The notes under the pieces: generated by a model
Seen by the model: only the letters and a program-made list of their open reading frames with translations
Databases searched by the model: none
Told to the model about the DNA's origin: nothing
DNA from: Octopus vulgaris
Taxonomy: Eukaryota
Length of the DNA: 64,000 nucleotides
Assembly (NCBI GenBank): GCA_951406725.2
Contig: OX597823.1
Location: forward strand, 117,304,001 to 117,368,000
Direction of reading: 5' to 3'
Part shown: in pieces, positions 36,833 to 52,025 of the stretch
Layout of the letters: each line of letters starts with the position of its first letter
How positions within the stretch are numbered: the first letter of the stretch is position 1
Program-made: the position numbers and the translations under genes

Positions 36833-38629
36833 TTAAGGGTTAAATCATGCTACAATTGACTTTATCATTCATTGCTCTAAGACTGAGGAACTGGACACCA
36901 GTAGTAACAGACTGGATTAAGATTATGTTACTGTTGGACATAGCTCTTCTTCCCTTACAGGAATTTACATGTTTACTTATTAACAACATAAAGAAGTATT
37001 ATCCAGCTCTCACTATTGCTCCCCTAATACTCCAGCATGGGTGTCTATCGGGTAGAAAGCTGGGTGATACAACATGCAGAAACAGTACCAAAGTCATAAT
37101 AATAAAACTGAAAAATGAAACATCAAATAACAGAATAGATTTGTTGCATGGGGTTATGGTTGTGACTGGGGAAAACAGCAACTTATCATCTGTAAAGCCA
37201 CCAATATTTGGAACATTTCCAACCTCTTTGTGTGTGTGTGTGTGTGTGTGTGTGCCCGTGAGCATTTGAATGCATGTGAACATACTCCGAAGTTGCATAT
37301 ATTTGAACCTAATATTTTTAATCAGAGAACATATGTTTATATGTGTGTATGTATGTTTCTGTATGAATATGAATATCTTTTGTGTGTGTGTGTGTGTGTG
37401 TGCATGCGTGCCTGCCTATTTTATGATTATGTTCAGCTTGGTAGGGTGTGAAAGAAGTAATGTTTGCTTACATCTTTCCACAATTAACATTCGAGAAATG
37501 AAAAGCTGAAATAACATTGCAAATGTTTAAAACACTGACAAAATTTCCAGCTTCCTTTCTTTCTTTGTCCTCTCCCCCCACCACCACTGCCGCCACCTTC
37601 TAGTCATGGTTTTGAATCAATCCTTATGAATTAAACATTAATGTATTCAAAACTATACACAGAAGAAACTCTCTATGAAAATAATTTTCCCTCAATATTT
37701 CTGGTTAGCTCATGTTTATTATTTTTTAAAATTTTCTTTTATTTTCTGAATAATGAATTATGAATTCTGTCTGTGTGTCTGTGGTGGTGTGGAAGGATGG
37801 GTGGTGGTGTCGAGGTAGGGTGGGAGGAAGGAGAGAAAGAATAGAGAAACAAGTTGTTTTGATTCCTATTGACCATAATTCGAAGGAAGACAATACAATT
37901 TGATTTATTAACTAATCAGAAGAATTTCCATTGATGGTAACTTGGTTTATTGGCAGCACAAACTGAAGATGTGGACATCGGTGCAGTATGGTGTGATGAA
38001 GCAGACACTAATGTTTAGATTGAGGTGCTTTTGTTTGAGTTTGTCACACCAACAAATTTCTTCATTAACAATACGATGGAATATTCTTCTTTAGTTGTCT
38101 CTTGGGAGCTGAAGATGACGACTCTCTTTCAAGATGTGCGTGATGAATTTAATGCGGAATAAACTAACAAAGAGTAACTATTCTGTTGCACATGGACCAT
38201 AATCAGAGCTGGAGTCTATGGCAAGGTTGATCAAGACAATCAACAATTCTCATCTGACGTTTAATAATGGACAAGCTAGCTTGTTCTTGTTATTTTTTAC
38301 AGGTCAGCAGTTAAGTCGTAAAGTCAGAATTGTAAGCTAACAAAAGTACATACACTTGTGCTTGTAACACTACAACATGTTCAGGAATAATACAATTCTA
38401 TATTTTCTGAGATGAAGACTATACTCCTTTATTTGTTTCAGTCAATTAACAGTGGCCCTGCTGGAACACGACTTTTAGGCGAACAAATTGACCCCAGGAC
38501 TTGTTCTTTATAAGCCTAGTACCTATTTTATTGATCTATTTTAGTGAACCACTAAGTTATGGGTACATAAGCACACCAACATCGGTTGTCAGGCAATAGT
38601 GGTAGGGACAAATAAACACACACACTGCG

Positions 38630-38827
38630 TGTGTACCGTTGGTGATTTTTTTTCCTCTGTCTTCCCTTCTCTGGATCTTTCCTTCTCCTATGTTTCCGAC
38701 GAAGAGCTCTGCTCGAAACGTTAAACCCTCCTTCTTTCCTTCTTTCCTGAGCATCCAATAATACTACATTTGTTCCACGTCCTCACATTGTTGTGTTTTT
38801 TTGTGCTTTCATGTTTGGATTAACTAT
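38630..38827 (+). mobile_element. ~200-bp pLTR/retrozyme-like unit
   Basis: Pyrimidine-rich, carries an HHR motif, shares the downstream TTCCTGAGCAT motif with the reverse complement of 1191-1380; ends at a TATA tract. Confidence 0.65.
38692..38726 (+). ncRNA. Minimal type-I hammerhead ribozyme motif (U4C variant)
   Basis: GTTT CCGACGA A GAGC-tct-GCTC GAAA CG TT AAAC: stem I GTTT/AAAC, stem II GAGC/GCTC, ACGT palindrome in place of stem III. Confidence 0.7.
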
Positions 38828-39112
38828 ATATATGACAGGTTCATTTCAGTTTCCATCTACCAAATCCACTCACAAGGCTTTGGTCGGCCTGAGGTTACAG
38901 TAGAAGACACTTGCCCAAAGTGCCATGCAGTGGGACTGAACCCAGAACCATGTGGCTGAGAAGCAAGCTTCTTACACACAGCCACTCCTGCACCTATATA
39001 TTTTGTATTAGTCAGAGAGGTGTCTTTATCTTAGTTGTTGTTTTCACTATGTATCAGTCTTCTTTAGATGTCCTGTGATCCACCTTAATGCTTTGCTTGT
39101 ATGATTCAATTA

Positions 39113-39741
39113 TTGGGTTGTCCGGAAAGTCCGTGCCAATTTTAAAGGAAAGAAAAAGGTCAATAAATACTTGCCATTACATTTTTAATCAACCAAATAT
39201 GAACCATTTTGCTGCATAATGCATCTCCATCTTTCCTTTAACTTGAAAATACCCTCTTGCCAGAATGGCAAAGAATTCATCAAGTTAGCTTTTTACGTCA
39301 TTCAAGGAATTGAAATTTTTACAATTAAGACTATTCTGCAGAGACCTGAATAAGTCAAAATCCGAAGGAGCAGTATCTGGTGAATATGGAGGGTGGGGTA
39401 ACACATCCCAGCCGAGCTGCAGCAATTTTTGTCTGGTTCCCAAAGAAACATGCAGTCTTGCATTATCTTGTTGGAAAACAACACTCTTCCTGTTGGCCAA
39501 TTCTGGACGCTTCTCTTGAATTGTTGCTTCTAACTCGTCCGGTTGTGTGCAGTATTTCTCAGAATTATCTGGTTACTTGGGAGAAACTCATAGACAGAAT
39601 TCCTTTCCAATCCCACCAGATGCAAAGCAAGACTTTTTTAGGGAGAAGACCCGCTTTTGAAGTGGCTAAGGGTGGCTCATGTCACTTACTCCAGGATCGC
39701 TTTCTCTGAACATTTCGGTAGATAATCCATTTCTCATCACC
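39113..39741 (-). mobile_element. Mariner relic: catalytic-domain half plus one TIR
   Basis: GDEKWIIYRNVQRKRSW...IWWDWKG...QQDNARLH...PHPPYSPDTAPSDFDLF; end TA-TTGGGTTGTCCGGAAAGT; contains a stop and a frameshift. Confidence 0.9.
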
Positions 39742-39925
39742 TTTACTCTTTTACTTGTTTCAGTCATTTGACTGTGGCCATGTTGGAGCACCGCCTTTAG
39801 TCGAGCAAATCGACCCCAGAACTTATTCTATTGGTCTCTTTTGCTGAACAGCTAAGTTATGGGGACGTAAACACACCAGGATTGGTTGTCAAGCGATGTT
39901 GTGGGGACAAACACAGATACACAAA
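39742..39925 (-). mobile_element. SINE family A, 3' half, truncating the mariner relic
   Basis: TTTACTCTTTTACTTGTTTCAGTCATTTGACTG... family A tail. Confidence 0.85.
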
Positions 39926-40439
39926 CAGTGTTTGGTAGAGCAGTGAAACTCCAGTGTAGTGACAGAGTAGAACTTGATGGGACAGTGTTGAGTTTGGTGG
40001 GACTACAATATAGTGTAAGTATAGTGGTTAGTGAGACAGTAAGACTACAGTGGTGTGATAGTGCAGTGTTTAGCACACCTGTGACTAGTAGATGCATTAT
40101 ACAATTGATACATGGAATAACAACTTGCTGTGCAAAATTCACCCATTCCTCTGGTAATGCCACACCTTCCAAAACGGATTTATCCAAAACGTATGAAAAT
40201 GACACCTTCAATGGTTCTCCAGCAATGTAGTTAGTTATAGGACATGGCAGAGGTATTATCTTTAGTGCAGAGAAAAGTCCATTATTAAGGAAGAGGCAGA
40301 AATCATTGGCAGGAATATAGACTGGCTTGTATCACTGGTCATGTGACTTCACAGATGTTAGTTTGAAGTATATGTTTATGCATGCGTATCAAAGTGAATA
40401 CATGTGTGTGTGTGTGCGTGTGTGTAAAATCCTAAACCT

Positions 40440-41160
<721 letters not shown>

Positions 41161-41591
41161 AAGATGTTAGGGTTCTGAGTCTTTGAAATTCTTTGTGGCC
41201 ATTTACCAGGCAATAATAGCTGTTCATTCTCTCCCTCCTGCCCTTTAACTGTAGAGAAACTTTTTTCTTCCTTCCATTTCTTTTTTCTTCTTTTATTTGC
41301 CATCAAACTATGGAAATATAGCGAGTGAGAGGTGATATATATTTCAACCAATTAATTTATTGTAATAACATAGTTTAATGTATATAAATTAGGTTTCAGT
41401 AGAAAAGTAGTTACATGCAACAATGTCACACTTACACATTTTGTACCTGGGTACATACGTATGTATATGTGTTTGCATGAATATGCATATGTGTATATGA
41501 GTTTAAAAGTGTTTATCTATATCTACTTCGAGGCTTTCAGTAAAATGTATGTAAATCACATTTATGCATACATGCTCACACGCTCACACAT

Positions 41592-41799
41592 ACTCTTTAC
41601 TCTTTTACTTGTTTCAGGCATTTGACTGTGGCCATGCTGGAGCACTGCCTTTAGTCGAACAAATTGACCCCAGGACTTATTCTTTGTAAGCCTAGTACTT
41701 ATTCTATTGGTCTGTTTTGCCGAACCACTAAGTTACGGGGACGTAAACACACCCGCATCAGTTGTCAAGCGATGTTGGGGGACAAACACGGACACACAA

Positions 41800-41830
<31 letters not shown>

Positions 41831-42002
41831 CATATATACGACGGGTTTCTTTCAGTTTCCGTCTACCAAATCCACTCATAAGGCTTTGGTCGGCCCGAGG
41901 CTATAGTAGAAGACACTTGCCCAAAGTGTCGCACAGTGGGACTGAACCCGGAACCATGTGGATGGTAAGCATGCTACTTACCACACAGCTACTCCTGCGC
42001 CT
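41592..42002 (-). mobile_element. SINE family A, full-length
   Basis: Reverse complement of 11168-11612. Confidence 0.9.
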
Positions 42003-42848
42003 ACATATACATACATGCATACATACAGATCCTTATCTGTTAATCATTAGTATGACTCCTTACACAACATTATGGAAAGTGCAGTCTATTTTTATTAGAA
42101 TTAATTTGTGTGTGTGAGAGAGAGAGAGAGGACGTTTGTATACAACAGTTGCGTGCATGTGTGATATTGTGTTCATGTATCTCAAACAGATCTTCATCAG
42201 ATCTATGTTGCTAATATATATACATAGAAAACACCATTTAGAATGCAGTGTGTGCAGCAATGCATCCACGTGAAACTGTGTGTTCCAGTGACTTCAGTCC
42301 AATATGATTGCTCTGAACATGCTGCAGATGTGTGTGGGTTTATGTAGATGTGAAGGTTTGTGCATAACTGTGCATGAAGTGAGAGAGTTATGTGCAGTAT
42401 AAATGGTCTCTTGGGTGTTGTAGAGGACTATAAAAGTATGTATCTGTGTGCATATATCAACACGAACTTTGCAGAAAGCACTTCCACTATACTTCCACTC
42501 AATTGGTTTCATCGTTTTCTTTGACTTTCAATTCGAACATTGTCAGTTTAATGTCCATTTAGCCAATCTGGCACCAAATATTGCAATTAAGCTAAATTTT
42601 CTTCTAAATCCAGTTCATGTTATTATTGTTATTGCTGTTGATGTTATTGTTATTGTTCTTATTGATGGTGAATGGTTGAACCAGTAGAGCAATGCAGGAG
42701 AATTGCTGTTGGAAACGAGTTCAAATCTCACTCAGTTTGAATTTGCTGCTCATTTTTCTGCTATTAATATACTGAAAGCAAATGAAGTATTGGCAGTCAA
42801 ACACCTCAGCTGTACCCGCCCCCCCACCACCACCACCATCACCACTAC

Positions 42849-42950
42849 ATCATCTATACCTCACTCATCATATGTACCTCACCCACCACCTGTATCTCTC
42901 ATATCACCTGTATTTCACACACCACTTATACCTCTCATATCACCTGTACC
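42849..42950. repeat. Degenerate 18-bp minisatellite, about 5-6 units
   Basis: Units like CACCTGTATCTCTCATAT; shows up as the HHLYLT/YHLYFT periodicity in the ORF track. Confidence 0.75.
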
Positions 42951-43349
42951 CCTTCGTTGGCTTTGTGCCAATCTCAGGAACCATCAATATTATGATTATT
43001 AGCCACAATTTCCAAAAAATCTTTTGTATTGAATGCTAAAAGCAGTGGGGAAGAGACATTGCTTGTTTAGGATAAACACTAGTAGCATGGCCATGTTGGA
43101 GCTACCATTGGCTAAACAACGTGTACCAGGTCATGAAACACATCCACTTCAGTGGTTTGTGTTGCACATGATTTGTAGGTTTATGTTGAATGACCATTAT
43201 ATGCAGAACAGATTTAGCTTTTAGCCAAGTTTAGCATGAAGATAGACCCAGCACCAACATTAGGTAATCTTCCACATCTTGATAACAATGTCAAAGGAGT
43301 TGTAGGGTGGGAAGATTTGAGGACAGAGTTTCTCTTCTTAGGCCAAGTC

Positions 43350-43522
43350 TTTTCCTTCTTCTTCTTTTTCTTCTTCTTCCTCTTCTTTTCCTTCTTCTTC
43401 CTCTTCTACTTCTTTTTCTTTTGCACCTTCCTCTTCTTCTTCTCCTCCTCCTCCTCCTCCTCCTCTCCTTTTTCTTCTCTTTCTTTTTTTCTTCTCCTCC
43501 TCCACCTTCTTCTTCTTCTTCA
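43350..43522. repeat. (CTT)n/(CCT)n polypyrimidine tract
   Basis: Visible directly. Confidence 0.9.
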
Positions 43523-43861
43523 TCTTTGCCACTGCTGTCGCAGTTTTCCCATCATTGTCATCATCTTCTTCATTACAGCAATGGTATTGGATTAATAGAA
43601 TAAACAGAATATCAGAGAAAACAACTTTATGAAGCTTTACATTCTTAGTTCAAACCCCACCTGGACCAACTTTGTCTTCCAAAGTCAATAAAATAAAATA
43701 CCATTCAAATACAGGAATTGACAGAACCAACCAAGCTTTCCAATAAATACATATCTTGTAGAACCTGTGTAAGAAAATATCATCATCATCATCATTATCA
43801 TCATCACCATCATCGTCATCATCATCATCATAGCAGCAAAATGGTGGTGAACTGACAGAAT

Positions 43862-44098
43862 TGTGTGTGTGTGTTTGTTCCTCACCACTGGTTGAGAACT
43901 GCTGTTAGTATCTTTATGTCCCTGTAACTTAGCAGTCTGGCAAAAGAGACCAATAGAATAAGTACTAGGCTTAAATAAAAATTTTAAAAAGCAGAAAAAC
44001 TGTGGTCGATTCAGTCAACCAAAACGTCCCCAAAACTCTCCAAGGCGGTACCCAGCATGGCCACAGTTTAATAACTGAAACAAGTTAAAGATAAAAGA
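43862..44098 (+). mobile_element. SINE family A, 3' half, diverged
   Basis: GTAACTTAGCAGTCTGGCAAAAGAGACCAATAGAATAAGTACTAGG...GAAACAAG. Confidence 0.75.
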
Positions 44099-44236
44099 TC
44101 CCAAACAAGAGGCCTAAAAGCGTTTCTTCCAGTTTTAGGTTCTGGGTTCAAATACTGCTGAGGTCAGTTTTGTCTTTCATTTTTTTCAATGCCAGTTGAG
44201 CACTGGAGGGGAAGGGCCAATGTAATTGATTTAGTC

Positions 44237-44440
44237 TAGTGGTTCCCAAACTTTATCAGGCTGCTGCCCCCTTGACACCCAGATCACATTCCTAGCACCC
44301 CTACCCCCAACTAACCATAACGAACATAGACCAAAACTTAACCTAATGAACCCATTATCAACACACTTTTCTTCAACTCCCCCTTGGAACTTTCCACTGC
44401 TCCCAGAGGTGTGCAATACCGCACACTTTGGGAACCAATG
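44237..44440. mobile_element. hAT (Charlie-like) MITE nested in an old SINE E
   Basis: TIRs TAGTGGTTCCCAAA / TTTGGGAACCAATG; no clean TSD. Confidence 0.6.
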
Positions 44441-44498
44441 ATTTTAGGCCCTCTTATAAAACTGCTGGCCTTGGGTGGAAATTTGAAACCATTTTAAG

Positions 44499-44712
44499 AC
44501 AGTGAGCTGGCAGAGTCATTAGGGCACAGGACAAAATAATTTGTAGCATTTCTTTTGGTTTTATATTCTGAGTTCAAATTCTGCTGGAGTCAACTTTGTC
44601 TTTCATCCTTTTAGGAGTTGAGAAAATAAACACCGTTCAAGTACCAGGGTCAATGTAATAGACCAGCCACCACCCCCACAACATTTCAGGCCTTCTGCCT
44701 ACAGTTGAAACA
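44499..44712 (+). mobile_element. SINE family E
   Basis: CAGTGAGCTGGCAGA...GAGTTCAAATTC...TTTCAGGCCTT. Confidence 0.75.
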
Positions 44713-44740
44713 ATTAATGTTATTATCACAGCAAGATGTA

Positions 44741-45140
44741 AGGCATGACTACGTGGCAAGAAGTTTGCTTCTGAACTACATGTTTCTGGGTTCAGTCCCA
44801 CTGCATGGTACCTTGGGTAGGTGACTTCAATTATAGCTTCAGGCCGACCATAGCATTGTGAGCAAATTTGGTAGAAGGAAACTGAAAGAAGCCTGCAATA
44901 TATGTGTGTGTGTGTGTGTCTGTTGTGTCTGCCTTTTTGTCCTCCACTACCACTTGATAACTGGTGTTGCTGTGTTTACATCCTTGTAACTTAGCGGTTC
45001 AGGAAAAGAGACTAATAGAATGAGGTCTAGGCTTGAAACAAATAAGCTCTGAGGTCAATTTGTTTGACTAAAACAATTTTTCAAGGTCGTGTCCCAGCAA
45101 GGCCACAGTCAAATGACTGAAGCTAATGAAAGATAAAGAC
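44741..45140 (+). mobile_element. SINE family A, diverged full-length copy
   Basis: Collinear with 11168-11612. Confidence 0.8.
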
Positions 45141-45424
45141 AAAAAAACCCTAAAAGAATCGAGAATGCCTTCAACAAAATCTTAAGATTAGAAATTCAGT
45201 TTCATTATCTGACTTTTAAACTGAAATATTCATCACTAAATGTTTGTTGTTGTTGTTGCTGTGGAAGATCCTAAATTATTTATGTCAAAAGGTCCAATCA
45301 ATTGAACTGTGAAAATCAAATTCAACTCCACAGGAATTTGATCTCAGGCAATTCGACTTAACGAAGCAATGTAGGAAACATATCCAGCGATATTATTTCT
45401 GCCTTTGCTTCATCTTTAATTATG

Positions 45425-45770
45425 CTAGTAGTGATAGTGACAGCAGCAGCAGCGGTGGCGGTGGTGGTGGTGGTGAGAGTGGTGGCAGTGGTGGTGGTGG
45501 TGGTGAGAGTGGTGGTTGTGGTGAGTGTGGTGGCAGTGGTGGTGGTGGTGGTGAGAGTGGTGAGAGTGGTGGTGGTGGTGGTGGTGATGTTAGTAGTGTT
45601 ATTAGTAACAGCAACAGCAGCAGTTCTAATAGTAGTAGAAGTAGTAGTAGTAATAATAATAATGGTAGTAGTAGTAGTGTGGCTGTAACAGTAGCAGTAA
45701 TGGTGGTGGTGGTGGTGGTGGTGGTGGTGGTGGTGGTGGTGGTTGTGGTGGTGGTGGTGGTGGTGGTGGC
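45425..45770. repeat. (GGT)n/(AGT)n trinucleotide field
   Basis: Visible directly. Confidence 0.9.
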
Positions 45771-46094
45771 AGTGCTGGTAGAATATTAGTGCTAATTATC
45801 TCACTTGTGACCATTTGTTTGGTAGACAATAACAACCAGAACAATTAGGGAACGTAATTAATGTGTCCCAATGAAGACAATCTACAGTGGGATGAGGGAA
45901 GGCGATGTGGGGGAGGAAGGATATTATGTTTGCACACTGAGCTACAGAAATGACTCAGATTGGGAACATCAGTGGCCAGTGATTTTTCTTGCAGGCTTTT
46001 CTGCTAATCTTGTAAAGATGCCAGGAGCCATCCATCTTTCTTCAGGTCCTGCAGACTACAAGAATTATATATTAGATGTACACTGGTTTGTCTG

Positions 46095-47603
<1,509 letters not shown>

Positions 47604-47833
47604 CATCATCATCATCGTTTAACGTCCGTTTTCCGCGCTAGCACGGGTTGGACGGTTTGACCGGGGTCTGGGGAGCCAGGGGCTGCCCCAGGCTCCAGTC
47701 TGATCTGGCAGTGTTTCTACAGCTGGATGCCCTTCCTAACGCCAACCACTCCGCGAGTGTAGTGGGTGCTTTTTACTTGCCACCTGCACAGGTGCCAGAG
47801 GGGTCTGGCATCGGCCACGATCAGTTGGTGCTT

Positions 47834-47835
<2 letters not shown>
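47604..47835 (-). mobile_element. SINE family C, 3' part
   Basis: CATCATCATCGTTTAACGTCCG...CTACAGCTGGATGCCCTTCCTAACGCC. Confidence 0.85.
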
Positions 47836-47879
<44 letters not shown>

Positions 47880-47880
47880 G

Positions 47881-47968
<88 letters not shown>

Positions 47969-48481
47969 TGTATGTGTTTATGTGTAGTAGAAAATGAGAT
48001 GATGGAAATGTCTTCATAAGATGTATGAGTATATACTACATACGTTCGTGTTATACATATTTATATGTACTATATATTTACTCTGTTCGTGCATGTACTA
48101 TCTGTTTGTTTTATTCTATATACATCTATGTATATACTTTATATACATGCATGTATATACTATAAATAGGTGTGTGTGTATGTATATATATGTTTGTGTG
48201 TGTGCACATATATCAATATTTGTTTTTTTATTTTTATTTCATCTAGTTTCAGCTCACGAGCTGTGGCCATGCTGGGGCAGCTCCATTTGTGTGTATAAAT
48301 TATATGTATATGAACTATTCATTTATGTACGTATTCTATACATTTATGACTATAAAAGATATATTGATATGTGTGTGTAATATATATATTTATATGTATA
48401 AGCATTATATTTATATTTATACACATGCATTTTTGTACCTACATATATGCATGTGTACACATATACATTTATGTAGATAGA

Positions 48482-48513
<32 letters not shown>

Positions 48514-48520
48514 TAGATAT

Positions 48521-48695
48521 GTTTCTTTATTAGCCACACTGGGCTGAACATAGAGGGGACAAATTACAAAGTAGAGCTTATCTTTTGGGGGATAAAAAAA
48601 GAAGAAAAAAAGGGGTTAGGTTTTCGATCAAAAGGGATCGTAAAAGAAAAGAAAGAAAAGAAAGAAAAAAACGATCAATAGGGATCGTGTATCAC
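48521..48695 (-). mobile_element. Short 5'-truncated retroposon 3' end inserted in (GATA)n
   Basis: Tail CCCCTCTATGTTCAGCCCAGTGTGGCTAATAAAGAAA resembles the SINE E / Tx1-like tail; GATA repeats on both sides. Confidence 0.6.
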
Positions 48696-48823
48696 AGATA
48701 GATAGATTGACAGACTGATAGATAGATATATCTGTGTATGTACTACTTATAGTGTGTTGGTACTATATGTGTATATACACTATATATTCATGCATATATA
48801 CTATGTTTGTGTACATATGCATT

Positions 48824-49746
48824 ACTCCTTTACTCTTTTACTTGTTTCAGTCATTTGACTGTGGCCATGCTGGAGCACCGCCTTTAGTCGAGCAGGACTC
48901 ATTCTTTGTAAGCCTAGTACTTATTCTATCAGTCTCTTTTGCCGAACCGCTAAGTTATGGTGACGTAAACACATCAGCATTGGTTGTCAGGTGATGTTGG
49001 GGGGACAAACACAGACACACAAACATATACACACACACACATATATATACATATATAGGACAGGCTTCTTTCAGTTTCCATCTACCAAATCCACTCACAA
49101 GGTTTTGGTCGACTCGAGGCTATTGTAGAAGACACTTGCCCAAAGTGCCATGCAGTGGGATTGAACCCAGAACTATGTGGTTGGTAACCAAGCTACTTAC
49201 CACACAGCCACTCCTACGCATTATATATTTTTGCGTGTATATACTTCATGTTTATAGTATATTTTTTTGTGTGCATGTACTATACGTTTATGCATGCATA
49301 TACTGTATGTATATAAGAATTATATACATGTATATATATATATTCTTTTATTCTTTTACTTGTTTCAGTCATTTGACTGTGGTCATGCTGGAGCACCACC
49401 TTTAGTCGAGCAAATCGCCCCCAGGACTAATTTTTTGTAAGCTTAATACTTATTCTATCAGTCTCTTTTGCTGAACTGCTGAGTTATGGGGATGTAAACA
49501 CACCAACATTGGTTGTCATGCGATGGTGTGGGGGGAGGACAAACATAGACACACAAATACATACATATATACATACATACATATATATATATATGACAGG
49601 CTTCTTTCAGTTTCCATCTACCGAATCCAATCACAAGGCTTTGACTGGTCCGAGACTATAGTAGAAGACACTTGGCCATGGTGCCATGCAGTGTGACTGA
49701 ACCCAGAACCATGTGGTTGGGAGGCAAGCTTCCTACTACACAGCCA
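48824..49746 (-). mobile_element. Two consecutive SINE family A copies (48824-49219 and 49343-49746)
   Basis: Both are reverse complements of 11168-11612. Confidence 0.9.
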
Positions 49747-50309
49747 CACACACAAACAGAGACGTGTGTGTGTGTATTATATATATATAATGTATATACT
49801 ACATAATATATATATATATATATATATATATAATGTATATACTACATACTATGTGTGTGTACTATATATTTATGTCTGTATGTCCAATATATTTGTTTGT
49901 GTGTATAAGTAAATGGAACTTCCTCAGTTGTTGATCATTCTGTTGTTGAATCAACTGAATTCACGGTTCACTGAATTAGCACATAAATGGCTGAGCTCTC
50001 AACAGACATTCCTCATTAATTCTCAGGTAGATCAACATGACACTAAACTGACCCTTTCAGTGATAAATACAAGCGTGCTGATTGGCTCCTCACAACTGCC
50101 CAATCGGATTCACTGTGAATTGGTTGACCTGAGTAAATGGTAAAGGATGTCTGCCTCCCCTGAGATGCCACTTTATGGAACCAAGCCCAGGGACTTTATG
50201 ATAGGAATTCAAACTTCTTAACTATTTAGCCATATTGTGTCTAACATGTCCAAAAGGTTAAGTATGGCCATTGCACCTGTATGTGAAGATATATTCTTTT
50301 ATTCTTTGG

Positions 50310-50510
50310 CTCTTTTACTTGTTTCAATCATTTGACTGCAGCCATGCCGGAGCACCACCTTGAAGGGTTTTTTTTAGTTGAATAAATCAGACCCTGTACC
50401 TATTTCTTTTTAAAGCCTGGTACTTATTCTATAGCTCTCTTTTTGCCAAACCACTAAATTACAAGGACATAAACACACCAACACCGGAGACAAAGACAGA
50501 CAGAATGACA
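50310..50510 (-). mobile_element. SINE family A, 3' half
   Basis: CTTTTACTTGTTTCAATCATTTGACTG... tail. Confidence 0.75.
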
Positions 50511-50535
50511 CACACACACACATATATATATATAT

Positions 50536-50836
50536 CACGTGATCACGTAACCGACCAGACCATCAGATGATGCTACACATCTCTGGTCACAATGCGTTCG
50601 CATTGTTTTAGCCTTCGAACGACGCCACCCCGCTGGCTAAGCGAGCAGGCCAACAGAAGAAAAAGTGAGAGAAAGAGTGGTGAACGAGTACAGCAGGGAT
50701 CACCACCCCCTGCCGGAGCTTCGTGGAACTTTTAGGTGTTTTTGCTCAATAAACACACACAACGCCCGGTCTGGGAATCGAAATCGCGATCCTCCAACTG
50801 CGAGTCCGCTGCTCTAACCACTAGGCCATTGTGCCT

Positions 50837-50838
<2 letters not shown>
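50536..50838 (-). mobile_element. SINE family B with a third tail type (..GTCGGTTACGTGATCACGTGA)
   Basis: Head and body match 673-840; the 3' part differs from both other long copies. Confidence 0.85.
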
Positions 50839-50918
<80 letters not shown>

Positions 50919-50923
50919 GTATG

Positions 50924-50969
<46 letters not shown>

Positions 50970-51229
50970 AAGTAAAAGGGGAAACAACAGGTTGCTTAGC
51001 CACATACCAAAAAATTATAAATAGCAGTCAAAGACCGCTTATTTCTATTTTCTACAAATATACCTCCACATACAACATATACATGTAACTCGCATATGTA
51101 AAACAGAAGGAAAAAATAATGTAAACAAAGTCTTTGGTTAGTTACGGATGCGTTTCTGGATTGTTGGCTTTTTAAAATTAATAGTTATTTACCCTTATAT
51201 TATTAATTATATATATATATATATATATA

Positions 51230-51275
51230 TATCTGTAAATATAATATTTGACAATTCATATTATATTTACAGATA
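51230..51275. repeat. Perfect ~18-bp inverted repeat next to (TA)n
   Basis: TATCTGTAAATATAATAT-ttgacaattc-ATATTATATTTACAGATA. Confidence 0.85.
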
Positions 51276-51749
51276 AATTCCTCTATTTACATAGCATCGA
51301 GGTCTCTTTCCTTCTTTTGTTGTCTCACCATTTCTATCAATGGAAGCATTGTTAAATCAATGACTCTTTACTTGATTCAGAATTCTAGGTTCTGATTTCT
51401 CCCCCAAGACTTCAGTTGTAAAAATGTTACGGGTCTCCATCTTTAGGAGGTGGATAAGACATTAGGATAAGTGACCGACCCTTGTATAAATTAATAGCAA
51501 TCAAGAAGTTAAGGTCAAAGGTTTTTGGAGGATGCTGGAACAAATAATAGAAAATTTCATAATAGAAATAGAATATTTGGTTACGGAGATCTCACAGATC
51601 TGGTTTCAAGTGCCACCAGATCCGTTTTACTTTCCATGCTATTATAGGCCATATACTGTGTTAGGTATCAGTCAGTTAAAGAATGTAAACTAAAGAACAG
51701 ACACCCATATTAAAGACATGAACAAATTCAAAATCACTAAAACACTTTA

Positions 51750-52025
51750 TGGGGAGGTGTGTGGCTCAGTGGTTAGGGTGTTGGACTCATGATTGTAAGA
51801 TGGTGGTTTCAATTCTTGGACCAGGTGATGCATTGTGTTCTTGAGCAAAAACACTCCACTTTTTTCTTCAATTCCCTGAGCTGTAGAAATGAGAAGCACT
51901 AGAAGAGGTATGTTGCTTAGTGGTTAAGGTGTTGGATTCACGACTGTAAGGTTGTGGTTTCAATCTCTGTACTGGGTGATCTGTTGTGTTCTTGAGCAAA
52001 ACATTTTATTTCATGTTACTCCAGT
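51750..52025 (+). mobile_element. Two tandem SINE family D-like heads
   Basis: TGGCTCAGTGGTTAGGGTGTTGGA...GTGTTCTTGAGCAAAA occurs twice. Confidence 0.7.

Larger units (their letters stand above)
38423..38994 (-). mobile_element. SINE family A with a ~200-bp insertion in its central microsatellite
   Basis: The two halves of family A flank an unrelated segment at 38630-38827. Confidence 0.85.

Noticed and set aside
37860-38290. Non-repetitive stretch that might be a decayed transposase or exon
   Set aside because: No open frame or motif I could identify with confidence.
43236-43603. Hydrophobic or acidic ORFs here and at 45420-45844 and 55901-56982
   Set aside because: Products of CTT, GGT and GAG trinucleotide tracts.
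51506-51523. Nuclear-receptor-like direct repeat (AGGTCA-A-AGGTT)
   Set aside because: A single imperfect short motif is expected by chance in 64 kb.
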